Source: a virus
IMG/VR virus record: IMGVR_UViG_3300027734_000045
Span: 57,062 to 121,061 of that record
Reading direction: 5' to 3' (one strand)
DNA length: 64,000 nt
The notes below the pieces were generated by a model, which did no database searches, was not told the DNA's origin, and saw only the letters and a program-made list of their open reading frames with translations. How positions within the stretch are numbered: position 1 is the stretch's first letter; each line of letters starts with the position of its first letter. Below, in pieces: positions 29,456 through 39,783 of this stretch. The translations under genes were made by a program, and so were the position numbers.

Positions 29456-32400
29456 ATGAGCGTTGACACTCCAAAGTATCGATACCTTGTCGCCAATTTT
29501 ATTACTGGTGAAGTTCTATTAGAGCTACAACTAACAAACGTATCGTTTGGTAGAAACCTAAAGTCTCCAGGACCGTTTTCTGGAACCATTCCAGTTCTGC
29601 CTGGAACAAACGTATCTGAGCTGTATAACGCGACTATGCCTGGTAAGACAGCGCTATACGTATTGCGAAATAACGCCGTTGTGTGGGGAGGGTTGCTTTG
29701 GACTCGAGAGTACAACATCTTTGAAAGAATAATTTCTCTAACTGGTTTGGAGTTTCCTAGCTATCTAAACCGAAGACTTATCTGGAAAACCTACTCATTT
29801 AGCTATAATTCAAGAGTGATTAGAGACTACACAGACGCCAGCGGAAAGGCACGCGTAGTTGTTGACAAAAACGACTCGCATGGTTTCATGCCTGGTGACT
29901 CAATAAATCTGCAGTACGACGGTGCGGCTATCTACTACAAGTACGACAATTTTAAGCTAAAGGTCTTAGCGGACCCTGTGCCAGTGAACGACGTAATTTA
30001 TGAGTCACAGGTTGTCGTGCCAAACGTTACGTCAACTAAGTACTCATACAACAAGGGGTATAAAAAGGTAGTTGCAGAGATAGTCCTAAACGACGACCCG
30101 ACTCTTCTTGCCAATCAGTGGTTCACAGTTTCTAATGTCTCTGAGTTCTACAATGGCAGCTACAGATGTATAGCCAGTCCGGGAGACGGAGATGACGTAC
30201 CATACTCGGTAATCTACGACATCGGGAAAAAAGACACTAAGATAGCCATAAATAAGATAGTCACCTCTAAAACCAGCGTGGCAGCTGACAGAACTGTGAC
30301 GTTCTTTTTAGATACTAAGCACGTTCACTTCTTTACAACTGGCACAGCCGTAAACATAACTGGCTTCGCTGGAAGCTGCATCGCTGGAACTGCAAGTGAA
30401 CTAAATCTGTACAACGGAGTCTACGTGGTCACAAGCGTGGACTACGTGGGAAACAAGTTTACCGCTAAGGCTCCGACCGGCGCGGTGAACAACAAGACCT
30501 ATACTAAATACAAGGTAGTAAATGGCAAGACGGTGACCAATCTTGCAGCCTCTAGCTCCTTTGGCGAGGTAGACATAGTCAAGCCAACAAGCAAAACGTT
30601 TACAACAGTCGTGGTGAGCCAGAGCGGCGGATTTGACAACTACGTGCTTACTCTAAACAACGTTACCGACCTCTACGTAGGGCAGTACGTGCAGCTCGCG
30701 GGAGTGCTGAACCAAGTTCCGCTCGGAGGAACTGGAACCTTTGACCTTGGAGACCTAAACGAGCAAGGGCTAATCGGCGACGCAGACGTGCTTCCGATAA
30801 TCACAAACGTAGACTCCGTAAATAGCAAGGTCACGGTAAAGAACCAAGGTCTGTCGTACTCTCCTACGTTAGGAACGTACAGCGGCGCTAACGTGACGGG
30901 GTCAGAGCTGACGCCATACATTCTAAGACCTACGTTAGTCGACCTAAACGTGCCAAAGAACGCTATCTCGTCTTTAGTCACTACGGCTACAACCTTCTGG
31001 GTGCAGTCAAGATACAAGATAACTGCGTGCAAGATCGACAAGACTGGAACTGTAACTGCTACGCTAGATACTGCAAATCACAGTCTTATTCAGGGAGCAG
31101 GCTTTTACGTCTACGGGCTAACAGGTAGCACCACGACTCAAAAGAACTACGCCGGCTACGTAAATAACAACGGATGGGATAGCACCGACTCCGTAAAGGC
31201 CGTAGGATACACGGTCCTGGACATAGGAAAAAATTCTCAAAAGAACGTCATAAAGTTCAAGGTTGCCGGAGACCAGAACGATAAAATAACCACCGCCGTC
31301 GCGCTGCCTGCTCAAACGACTGCGTATCTAGAGGTCTTTCCAAACACGGTGCAAACAAGTAAGTTCTGGGGTTCACCAGATGGCTCGCTTAGCGCTACCG
31401 TTTTGGTTGGCGTAAATAGCTACGAGTACGTAAGAGAGTTGCTGCGCAACGTGCTCGAGGACTTTCAGTCTTATCGCTTTGCGAACAACCAGATTGAGCC
31501 TGGAGTCACTCTGACCCAGACCGGCATCGTTGGCTATGATACCACTACTGCAAGCGGAGGTCGCGTAAAGGTTGTGCTCACCTTAGACGCTCCAAGTAAG
31601 CTTATAGTTGGAGAAAAGTTTAGAGTACTCAACGTTGGAACTGCGGAAGGTAATTTAGTTAGCGGGTTCTACACGGTGTCAGAGGTAAGCAACGATCTAG
31701 AGACCGAGGTATACACGGTATCCTACTACGTAGCCGCAAGCGAGGTTAGCTCGCCAGATGCGACGTACGAACTGGCTGAGACGCGCTTGTTCCCTAGGTA
31801 CAAGAAAATCTCTTGGGATGGAAAACTAAAAAAGACACAGTGCACTATACGAGTGTATAACCCAGACGCCGTGACTGACCTAATCTCAGACCTCTACACC
31901 AACATTTCTCTGAACATTGGAGACTACATAACCGCTAAAAGTATAGACCTGCCTAACAGTGGCTCTCTCCTATACGACACAAACGCGGCAAAGATAACAC
32001 GCCTAGTCTGGAAGAATAGTGGCGCAATTTCTAGCAAGTACGTAGAAGTGACCTATAACTCGCCAGCTCAAAGCGTGAAAGGAAAGCAGCCAGAGGGCGT
32101 GCAGGCTGAAACAAGTAAGAGCATTCAATTTGACTACCTAAAATACGCAGTCAGCGGTGGAGTTGCGACCGTGACGTTGTACGTTCCTGGAAACTATAAC
32201 CTGACCGACAACACCATAGGACTTAGAGAAGGTGACGTAGTTAACCTGAGTGTCACGACTGAAAAGGGCAAGACAAACTCTAACTCAGCGTATGACACCA
32301 CTAAAAAGAAACGCGCTATAGTTATTTCAACAACTGATTCGATGAGAAGTAAGTCAGTGGACAATCCAGACAAAAAGAGCACTGACAAAAAAATTACAAG

Positions 32401-34300
32401 AACCGAGGTAGTGCTACAGTACGAAGAAGTTCTTGCCACTAGACAGTCTACTAAGAACGCCTTTATAAAGCAAAGTGGAAAGATTACGTTCTACCTAAAG
32501 CGAATCGACGACTACGCCAAGGTTTCCGCGGGGCACGTCGCTCAACTCATAAAGCCATACGCGATTAGGTCCAAGTCATTTGGAGAATTCCCTAACTCAG
32601 CGGACATGGGCGGACTAAACTTTTCAATTGAAAAACAGATACAGAGCGTCGCGCTATCGAGTGACGGTATCGCTACGATAACGACAGCAACTCCTCATAA
32701 TTTCAACAGAGCATCAGTAGTCAACAACATTACGGGTATAGAGCAGTCTGGCACGACTACAACTATCTACTTTGACAGACGCCACAACATCTCTCCTACC
32801 GACACTGTAAAGATTTCTAACCTACAAATTCCTCTAAACCCGACTATACAAAATGAATACAACGCAACGTACATAGTCACCGAGGTAAATGGAACTGCAA
32901 ACTACGACGCCGGTCCATGGTTTGTAAAGTTTATACATGGAACAAGCAGAACTCTTTCACAGAGAACCGCGAGTGGTATCTTGTATAGCGGAAGCTCGCA
33001 GATAATTGTACGAATAATCTCTAGTGATAAGACTTTGTCTATTTTTAATGGAGACTACATAATCTATAGCGAGCCGACCTCGACAAGTTTCACCTACCAA
33101 CTTTCTAGAAGATGCGCGGTGCTACAGAATACTGAGATTATTAGCGTTGCTGGAAACGTGTCCAGGTTGAGATTTACTACTGACGCGACATATAACTACG
33201 CAGTCGGGCAAAACGTCAAATTGACTGGTGCGTCTGGAAGTCCATACAATGCGATAAATGGAGTCTCTCTTGAGGTGAAGGCTGTTGATACCTCTAGAAA
33301 CACCTTTGACGTAGACTTTAATAACGCGACTATCGCGGCCTTCGGCGAAAGCTCGGTACTTGACTTTGGCAGCAACGTTTTTGTGAGCTACCCGCAAATG
33401 ACTACTACAAACATTAGTGCTGTCACGACTACGCTTGCGACTGCCACTCTAGATGGAGGAATAGTTTCTGGCACGGACTTTATCAAAGGCTCAGACTATC
33501 AAAACGTGGCTAAGCACCTTGACACATACTCAAATTCAATAAATGGATTTGAATACCGAATAGACGCGAACTACAACGCGACTACTAATAAGTTTGAAAA
33601 AACGTTTGTGTTTATTCCAATAAACTTCTACGACCCAAAGCCGGGCGAGGTCTCTGACCCAAGCAGATTTGGCGCCGACCAGCTGCAGTTTGAGTACCCT
33701 GGAAACATAATCAACGTCTCTCTTGCGGAATCTGCTGAGGAAGGCAACACGAGGTTCTTCGTCGTTGGCGACACGCAGACAGGCGACGCAGAAACAAACC
33801 CGTACAGCTCAGCGGCTTCTTCGACTGACCTTCTTGGAGCCGGGTGGCCGCTGCTAGAGGGAACTGAAAAGGCGGAATGGCCTATCCTTGCCAACGCCTT
33901 CACCGGTAAAACTCCAGGCAACGTTGACCGCTGGAGTAATAACGATATAGAGGCTGACCTATACAAAACAGCTAGGCGCTATCTAACTCAAAGTAGACCA
34001 CCAACTGGGCAATTCAGCGTCGTGGTAAACGGAAACTTTGAGCCGCAGGTTGGTACCTACGCTCCAGGAGACTGGTGCCAGGTTAACATCGACAATCCAT
34101 TCCTAAAACAAAGACTGCAGAGCGGGCTGGAGCCAAGAAACACTACCTTTGTTAGAAAGATAGATGGGTACACGGTAGAGGTGCCAAACTCTCCGGCTGA
34201 ACCAGAGAGAGTCACTTTAAATCTAAAGACCGAGTGGATGGTCGACCGGTTCCCGGCGCAAATTGCAGCTGACGATGAATACATTCAGGGGTCTTACTAA
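29456..34300 (+). CDS. Minor tail (baseplate hub-like) protein with many inserted beta-sandwich domains
   Basis: YRYLV....TG...EL..V.F...L..PG.F.G..WGG..W N-terminus and NGFEY..FEYPGNI..GWPLL..GTY.PGD C-terminus, split by large inserts. Confidence 0.8.
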   Translation: MSVDTPKYRYLVANFITGEVLLELQLTNVSFGRNLKSPGPFSGTIPVLPGTNVSELYNATMPGKTALYVLRNNAVVWGGLLWTREYNIFERIISLTGLEFPSYLNRRLIWKTYSFSYNSRVIRDYTDASGKARVVVDKNDSHGFMPGDSINLQYDGAAIYYKYDNFKLKVLADPVPVNDVIYESQVVVPNVTSTKYSYNKGYKKVVAEIVLNDDPTLLANQWFTVSNVSEFYNGSYRCIASPGDGDDVPYSVIYDIGKKDTKIAINKIVTSKTSVAADRTVTFFLDTKHVHFFTTGTAVNITGFAGSCIAGTASELNLYNGVYVVTSVDYVGNKFTAKAPTGAVNNKTYTKYKVVNGKTVTNLAASSSFGEVDIVKPTSKTFTTVVVSQSGGFDNYVLTLNNVTDLYVGQYVQLAGVLNQVPLGGTGTFDLGDLNEQGLIGDADVLPIITNVDSVNSKVTVKNQGLSYSPTLGTYSGANVTGSELTPYILRPTLVDLNVPKNAISSLVTTATTFWVQSRYKITACKIDKTGTVTATLDTANHSLIQGAGFYVYGLTGSTTTQKNYAGYVNNNGWDSTDSVKAVGYTVLDIGKNSQKNVIKFKVAGDQNDKITTAVALPAQTTAYLEVFPNTVQTSKFWGSPDGSLSATVLVGVNSYEYVRELLRNVLEDFQSYRFANNQIEPGVTLTQTGIVGYDTTTASGGRVKVVLTLDAPSKLIVGEKFRVLNVGTAEGNLVSGFYTVSEVSNDLETEVYTVSYYVAASEVSSPDATYELAETRLFPRYKKISWDGKLKKTQCTIRVYNPDAVTDLISDLYTNISLNIGDYITAKSIDLPNSGSLLYDTNAAKITRLVWKNSGAISSKYVEVTYNSPAQSVKGKQPEGVQAETSKSIQFDYLKYAVSGGVATVTLYVPGNYNLTDNTIGLREGDVVNLSVTTEKGKTNSNSAYDTTKKKRAIVISTTDSMRSKSVDNPDKKSTDKKITRTEVVLQYEEVLATRQSTKNAFIKQSGKITFYLKRIDDYAKVSAGHVAQLIKPYAIRSKSFGEFPNSADMGGLNFSIEKQIQSVALSSDGIATITTATPHNFNRASVVNNITGIEQSGTTTTIYFDRRHNISPTDTVKISNLQIPLNPTIQNEYNATYIVTEVNGTANYDAGPWFVKFIHGTSRTLSQRTASGILYSGSSQIIVRIISSDKTLSIFNGDYIIYSEPTSTSFTYQLSRRCAVLQNTEIISVAGNVSRLRFTTDATYNYAVGQNVKLTGASGSPYNAINGVSLEVKAVDTSRNTFDVDFNNATIAAFGESSVLDFGSNVFVSYPQMTTTNISAVTTTLATATLDGGIVSGTDFIKGSDYQNVAKHLDTYSNSINGFEYRIDANYNATTNKFEKTFVFIPINFYDPKPGEVSDPSRFGADQLQFEYPGNIINVSLAESAEEGNTRFFVVGDTQTGDAETNPYSSAASSTDLLGAGWPLLEGTEKAEWPILANAFTGKTPGNVDRWSNNDIEADLYKTARRYLTQSRPPTGQFSVVVNGNFEPQVGTYAPGDWCQVNIDNPFLKQRLQSGLEPRNTTFVRKIDGYTVEVPNSPAEPERVTLNLKTEWMVDRFPAQIAADDEYIQGSY

Positions 34301-37300
34301 TGGGTAGTTATAACGAAGATAGAAAAAGAAACGTAGCTGCGTACATTCTTGACATGCAGAACAGGCTTTCACAGGTTGAAAGAAACAGGACCAGGACGAC
34401 TGGACTTGCCGCCAACGCGGTGTCGGCGACAAACCTAACGGGAGAAGTTGTTTTATCTGACAACACCATAAGAAGCGCTAACTACGTCGAGGGATACTCC
34501 GGCTGGAGTATCGACGGAGATGGAAACTCTGAGTTTGCAAACGTGTTTGTTCGTGGAAACATCAACGCAAACTCTGGAACAATTGGAAACTGGACCATCA
34601 GCAATGAGATAGTCACGCGTAGATTTAATAAAAAGGTAGCCACTATAACCGCGGTCACCTGGAGCGATGGAGTTATCAAGTTCACCGCTGCCAATACATT
34701 CAACGCCGGCGAGTACGTCACGATAAGCGGTATAGACCCAGATGACTATAACTTTTACGACATCGAAATCGATTCAGCTACGTCGACCTACTTTACTGTG
34801 CTTAGTGACGCCGCAGCAGACTACGTTAGTGGCGGAACTGCTGAGTTGGTATACGCTGGAACATACGTAGAAAACCTAGACATTGGACTTGATGACGAGA
34901 CTACGTCGAGTGGAAGCTACGTTGGGCTCTACACGTCGCCAAATCTAAGAACCGCTGGTCTCTATTTGCGAGACTACTCAAAGAGAGAATTTGACTACGG
35001 CTACTTCTCAAACGCGGGTGTCTCCTATGTCTCAGCTGAGGACATTAACTTATTAGAAAATCCGACCTTTGAATACAAGGATTCTCTAAACGCGATAAAC
35101 TACAGCGCGGCCTCCTGGACCGCTGGAACCGGACTAACTCTTTTGGCAGGTGGAAAGGACTTTACCGCTGGAACTCCGCTGTATGCAGCCTCGCCAAAAT
35201 ACGGAGCACAGGTCACGTGGACGACTGCAGTTTCAACGTACTTTACTGGAAAACTTCACTACACGGCTGGCAAGTCCTATGCCGTGTTTAAGAATAGAAG
35301 AAACCTGTACCTCGGACTAAAAGTCTTCCCGCTATACACTCCGGTCGAAAAAACCGTCACCGCGGTTGAAGGAGTACGAGTAAGTGGAACTGTCACCGGC
35401 GCAACTTCAACAGCGACAACGGTGACCTATACTGGAACAAGCCTACAGTTCGAGCTTGGCCAAAGGTTGACCGTCACAGGTTTTGGAAACGCAAGATGCA
35501 ACGTCTCTAATGCAATAGTCTCGGCAAAGAGTGGAACTACCTCGGTGACGGTGCTATCAAATGGCGATAGCGGCATTACTTCTACCGCGTCTACCGCGGA
35601 CAACGCAGTCACTGGACTTCTTAAGATTACCGCTGCCTCGCATGGATTTACTGCGGGGCAGGTAGTGTTCCTTGACTTTGATGCTGGGTACCTTGAGCCA
35701 GAGTTCGGTGAAGTAGTCAATATGTATTCCCCGCACACCATAGCCAATGGAACGAGTGGCTACACCTTCGTGGTAAGCACCTTTGGATTAGCCGCTGGGT
35801 CTTTCCACGTACCTGCTGATTTTTCTGACATAGAGGTCTCGGCCATGAGCGTAATTCCACATGGCTCTAGAGCGACTAAGGCGTTTAGCGTTTACGAGGC
35901 AGCCTTTGACCTATCTAGCATTCGTCTAAGGTACGACAATGGCAGCACTACGAATCTTTCTAGCGTACTTGCAGCCACGACGGCGGCCGAGTGGAGCGCC
36001 GGGACAAACAAGTATCTAATCAGCAACGCCAATTCATACATGCTCGGTAGACTTGACACCGCGGTAAAGATTCCGCCGATGACGCAAGCCAACGAGATAG
36101 TTATAAGTGGAGAGAAAGTCGAGGCAGCTTACCTGGCTGCCGACCCTACTGCCTATGGCTTAGACAAGGATATATTTATAGACCTTCCTGGCTGGCTCTA
36201 TCCGCACGATGGAAACGGCGTTGTGTCGAATACGCCTACTAAGATTGCAAGCATTGGATACATACTTGACGAAGTCTATTTCTCTTCATCTAACTCGTTC
36301 TTCTACGGAAGCGGCGGAGGCTCGTACCGCTGGTACGCGACTACTGACACGACTCCCAGCTACGACCCGGCACAGGCCTCGGTTGAGGGAACGAAGACCT
36401 GGCTAAACATCGACCTAGGCAACCAGTCAGCGTCGCTCGACTACTTTGACTACATCAAGTTTAAGCCACAGGTGTTCACCAAGGCTCTCAAGGAAAGACC
36501 TTCGATTGGCGTCTTTGACGCAGTCGTTCCATACATTAAAACAAACGACCCGGCTCCAGAGATTACCACTGTTAGCTCTGGACAGTACGAGTACATTATT
36601 GCAAGTGATTACAGAAACGTAAGCTCTCATCTAAAAACGACTACCGGAGAGCGGTCTTCTGCGTTTGAGATTTCTGCACTGTATCGGGACATCTCGGCGA
36701 GCTCTGGAAGTGAGACTGGTCGCAAGGGAGCGCTTGTCGGCGGAGTCTACGACGGCCTATCTAACTCGACAACCTTGTACCTATCTAGCGACTCTCTGCA
36801 GTGGAGTTCTAACTACATAAGTCCAACTAATCCAAACTACGCGCAAGTGAGATTTGCTGACAAGGCGTACTTTAACATTCCGGTGCGAATAGCAAGCAAC
36901 ATGTCTCTCAGTGGAACCTTCTATGGTGCTGGAAGCATCGTCACCTCAAGTGGAAACATTAGAACCACCTCTGGCAACGTCTACACTACAAGCGGAAACA
37001 TCTACACCACAAGCGGCAACATTTACTCTACGTCTGGAAACATCTACACCACGAGCGGCAGCATCACCGCAAGCACGTCACTGAACGGACAAACTCTAAG
37101 ACTTAGCTCGACTGACAACATCTCGCTAGGAAGCAACACTCACGCATTCCAAATCGGCGATAGCACTTCAACTAACCTTCGTTTAGACACCAACGAGGTG
37201 CAGGCGCAGGGATACACGTCTCCTAACCGGACTACAGCTGACCTATACTTAAATAAGCTTGGTGGAGACGTTTTCATTGGAAACACTGGAACAAGCAACC

Positions 37301-37875
37301 TAACCGCAAATGGAACTATCACTAGCGGTGGAATAGTCTACAGCGGTTCTAACTTATACACCAACGGCATAACTACAACCACGTCGTGGTTCTCAAACGC
37401 CACAGACTTTACGGCTTTGGTTAACGGCGTAATTCACTCAAGTAACACTGGTGGAGAAGCTCTGCGTCTGTCTAGAAAGAGCAGCACCGGCGCTGTAGTT
37501 AACTTCTACTACGGTAGCGCGACCGTAGCGGGTCACATCGACGTTACCGGCACGTCGTCGGTTAGCTACATCACTAGCTCTGACTATCGACTAAAAGAAA
37601 ATGTAGTCGCAATCAGAGACGCGGCGTCTAGACTTAAGAATCTAAATCCTGTGCGCTTTAACTTCAAGGATGAACCTGGACGAACCGTTGACGGTTTTCT
37701 TGCACATGAAGTTGCTGCGTACGTTCCGGAGGCGATTAGCGGTGAAAAGGACGCTGTAGACGAAGATGGAAACCCTATTTACCAAGGTATCGATCAATCT
37801 AAGATGGTTCCACTACTAACCGCGGCTTTGCAGGAGGCTATCGCAAGAATCGAAGTTTTGGAAGGAAGAGCATAA
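34300..37875 (+). CDS. Tail fibre/receptor-binding protein with C-terminal intramolecular chaperone (peptidase S74-like)
   Basis: IRS.NY..G..GW.I..DG..EF.N..VRG.I.A.SG.IG.W N-terminus; TSSDYRLKENV..LNPV.F..GFLAHEV..P C-terminus. Confidence 0.85.
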   Translation: MGSYNEDRKRNVAAYILDMQNRLSQVERNRTRTTGLAANAVSATNLTGEVVLSDNTIRSANYVEGYSGWSIDGDGNSEFANVFVRGNINANSGTIGNWTISNEIVTRRFNKKVATITAVTWSDGVIKFTAANTFNAGEYVTISGIDPDDYNFYDIEIDSATSTYFTVLSDAAADYVSGGTAELVYAGTYVENLDIGLDDETTSSGSYVGLYTSPNLRTAGLYLRDYSKREFDYGYFSNAGVSYVSAEDINLLENPTFEYKDSLNAINYSAASWTAGTGLTLLAGGKDFTAGTPLYAASPKYGAQVTWTTAVSTYFTGKLHYTAGKSYAVFKNRRNLYLGLKVFPLYTPVEKTVTAVEGVRVSGTVTGATSTATTVTYTGTSLQFELGQRLTVTGFGNARCNVSNAIVSAKSGTTSVTVLSNGDSGITSTASTADNAVTGLLKITAASHGFTAGQVVFLDFDAGYLEPEFGEVVNMYSPHTIANGTSGYTFVVSTFGLAAGSFHVPADFSDIEVSAMSVIPHGSRATKAFSVYEAAFDLSSIRLRYDNGSTTNLSSVLAATTAAEWSAGTNKYLISNANSYMLGRLDTAVKIPPMTQANEIVISGEKVEAAYLAADPTAYGLDKDIFIDLPGWLYPHDGNGVVSNTPTKIASIGYILDEVYFSSSNSFFYGSGGGSYRWYATTDTTPSYDPAQASVEGTKTWLNIDLGNQSASLDYFDYIKFKPQVFTKALKERPSIGVFDAVVPYIKTNDPAPEITTVSSGQYEYIIASDYRNVSSHLKTTTGERSSAFEISALYRDISASSGSETGRKGALVGGVYDGLSNSTTLYLSSDSLQWSSNYISPTNPNYAQVRFADKAYFNIPVRIASNMSLSGTFYGAGSIVTSSGNIRTTSGNVYTTSGNIYTTSGNIYSTSGNIYTTSGSITASTSLNGQTLRLSSTDNISLGSNTHAFQIGDSTSTNLRLDTNEVQAQGYTSPNRTTADLYLNKLGGDVFIGNTGTSNLTANGTITSGGIVYSGSNLYTNGITTTTSWFSNATDFTALVNGVIHSSNTGGEALRLSRKSSTGAVVNFYYGSATVAGHIDVTGTSSVSYITSSDYRLKENVVAIRDAASRLKNLNPVRFNFKDEPGRTVDGFLAHEVAAYVPEAISGEKDAVDEDGNPIYQGIDQSKMVPLLTAALQEAIARIEVLEGRA
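36949..37070 (+). repeat. 7-aa (21-bp) degenerate repeats SGN(I/V)YTT in the tail fibre
   Basis: SGNIRTT SGNVYTT SGNIYTT SGNIYST SGNIYTT SGSIT. Confidence 0.8.
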
Positions 37876-38003
37876 TGTACATGATTCTAAAGGTGTTGAA
37901 CGATGAAGTTGAGGAATTTGCGGTGTATGACCGAATCTCAAGAACCGAGGTGGCTAGGTACGCGACTTATGGCGAGGCACTAGAAGACCTCTTATCAAGA
38001 TAA
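37875..38003 (+). CDS. Small protein (42 aa) absent from the ORF track
   Basis: TAATG coupling to the fibre gene; MYMILKVLNDEVEEFAVYDRISRTEVARYATYGEALEDLLSR. Confidence 0.6.
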   Translation: MYMILKVLNDEVEEFAVYDRISRTEVARYATYGEALEDLLSR

Positions 38004-38068
38004 CTAAGACTAAACCATATAGGATAGATAGGTAATACCCCACAGGACAAGGATAAGGAAAAGACAAG

Positions 38069-38266
38069 ATGGCTCAAGACAACCAAGCCGACCAAGGCGA
38101 ATTTTTAGGTAACGTTCTAGTGCTAACTAGAAATCAACTAGCGTCTGCTATGAACGCATGCACTGAACTAGAGGCTGCATTGACTATAGAAAGAAAGCGC
38201 AATGAAGAGCTAGCTGCTCGAGTCGCTGAACTAGAGTCTCAGACTAAGGCAGCTACGGATAAATAA
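38069..38266 (+). CDS. Small coiled-coil protein
   Basis: AAGGA RBS; heptad pattern; TAATG coupling downstream. Confidence 0.7.
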   Translation: MAQDNQADQGEFLGNVLVLTRNQLASAMNACTELEAALTIERKRNEELAARVAELESQTKAATDK

Positions 38267-38736
38267 TGATTAACGTAAAAGATGGCGCCAGAACTCTTCA
38301 ATTTGATGGAGAGCTTTTAGGTACGTCTTCTTCATACAGGAGAGGCTCTGTCCGCTGGATTGAGTTTGAGCTGTATAGAACCAAGAGCGGTTCGTATGTT
38401 TTGTCTCGTGTTGGAGTTTCACTGGTCTTCCATGGAGCGGCGTGTCCTCTAGTAAAGAGATACAGTCTTACTGAGGCGCCGGTTGAAGACCTAACTGAAC
38501 GCTCTCTTCCTTGCGAGCAGTGCAACCCTACTGATGACGTAGATTTAGTGTTCCCCGAAAAGAGTAGAAGCTGGGCGCAGGTTAGCGAAGAGCCGCAGGC
38601 TGTTCTAGACGCGCTTTACAAGTACGATGACGGTGGAGCAAGGTACCTAACAAACGTGGCGCAAAGGCTATTAGAAGATTCAGCCGAAAAAGACTCCAAA
38701 ATAGATGAAGTCTACAGGATAGAACTTATCCCATAG
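38266..38736 (+). CDS. Hypothetical protein with probable Zn-binding H/C residues
   Basis: RW.E..LYRT..G.YV motif; H...C and CxxC. Confidence 0.7.
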   Translation: MINVKDGARTLQFDGELLGTSSSYRRGSVRWIEFELYRTKSGSYVLSRVGVSLVFHGAACPLVKRYSLTEAPVEDLTERSLPCEQCNPTDDVDLVFPEKSRSWAQVSEEPQAVLDALYKYDDGGARYLTNVAQRLLEDSAEKDSKIDEVYRIELIP

Positions 38737-38738
38737 CC

Positions 38739-38747
38739 TGTTATAAT
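38739..38747 (+). promoter_or_regulatory. Extended -10 promoter TGtTATAAT of the nucleotide-modification operon
   Basis: TGTTATAAT about 25 nt before ATG 38773, with an AAAGGA RBS. Confidence 0.55.
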
Positions 38748-38772
38748 TGAACAAAGACGCAAAGGACAAAAG

Positions 38773-39783
38773 ATGTTTATAGTAATCGAAGGCACAGACG
38801 CCTCAGGTAAGAGTTCACTTACTCAGGCTGTCGAAGAAGAAATCGCAAGCAGGCTCCAATCAAGGCTGCCTATCAACTCATTCCATAAGGGTAAACCTGA
38901 GGAAGAGACTCGTCGTTGGGTTTTGCGTGATTACGTTCTGTCAATAGAAGATAAGTCATTCGTAGACAAGGCGACACTCGCTGACCGCTGGCACTGGGGA
39001 GAAATAACCTACGCTCCGCTAAAACGTCCACACACTAACAAGGACGGATACGGCCTTCTTGGAGAGGCTGGGTGGCGCTGGGTGGAACTTTTTATGGCTT
39101 CCCGTGGTATCCAACAGTTCTGGCTTTACCAGCCTCTAAGTGTCATAGAGGGCCGTCTAAAGGCGCGTGGTGATGACTATGTCTTGCCTGATGAGCTACC
39201 TTTTATTCTAGAACAATACGGCAAGGCAGCCGAGCAAATCATTGGCCTAAAGAAACTTCAACCTGCTCCAGACAGCCTAGATGAGATTCCAAATCTCGCT
39301 AAGGAAATTGTTGACCTAGCGCTTGTCAAGGCTGAGTCCGTTAGAGCTCTAAGAGACTTTGGTCCGTACATCGGAGTTCCTAAGCCTAAGGTTCTGCTAG
39401 TCGGCGATAGGCACAATGCCACTAAGCGCTATGGGCACGAGACTAACCTTCCATTTATGCCTGTTGATGGGAACTCAGGCGAGTATCTTCTCACTGCTCT
39501 TCCGGCAGATGAGTGGAAGAACATCGGACTTATAAACATAAACGACCATCCGGAGATGTTCCGTTCTCTTTGGGAAGCGCTAGGCTGTCCGCCGATAGTA
39601 GCGCTTGGTCGCCTGGCCGAGCGAGGCCTAGTTAAACAAGGATTCATAGATTCTCAATACAACGTTGCTCCGCATCCGCAGCGGGTGCGCAGATTTGCAA
39701 ACTCTAGAAAACAAGAATACGGCGAGGCGATACTTAGATTAGCCGACACTACAGATAAGGAAGACAAATGGATACTGCGATAA
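38773..39783 (+). CDS. Thymidylate/dNMP kinase fused to a C-terminal uracil-DNA-glycosylase-like domain
   Basis: P-loop IEGTDASGKSS and DRWH..E..Y; C-terminal KVLLVGD..PF...GNSG.YL..PPIVALG..A..HPQ matches the UDG superfamily layout. Confidence 0.75.
   Translation: MFIVIEGTDASGKSSLTQAVEEEIASRLQSRLPINSFHKGKPEEETRRWVLRDYVLSIEDKSFVDKATLADRWHWGEITYAPLKRPHTNKDGYGLLGEAGWRWVELFMASRGIQQFWLYQPLSVIEGRLKARGDDYVLPDELPFILEQYGKAAEQIIGLKKLQPAPDSLDEIPNLAKEIVDLALVKAESVRALRDFGPYIGVPKPKVLLVGDRHNATKRYGHETNLPFMPVDGNSGEYLLTALPADEWKNIGLININDHPEMFRSLWEALGCPPIVALGRLAERGLVKQGFIDSQYNVAPHPQRVRRFANSRKQEYGEAILRLADTTDKEDKWILR

Noticed and set aside
77-37322. Many minus-strand ORFs of 60-290 aa opposite the structural genes
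   Set aside because: They are antisense shadows of codon-biased + strand genes, Ser/Leu/Phe-rich, with no motifs or RBS.
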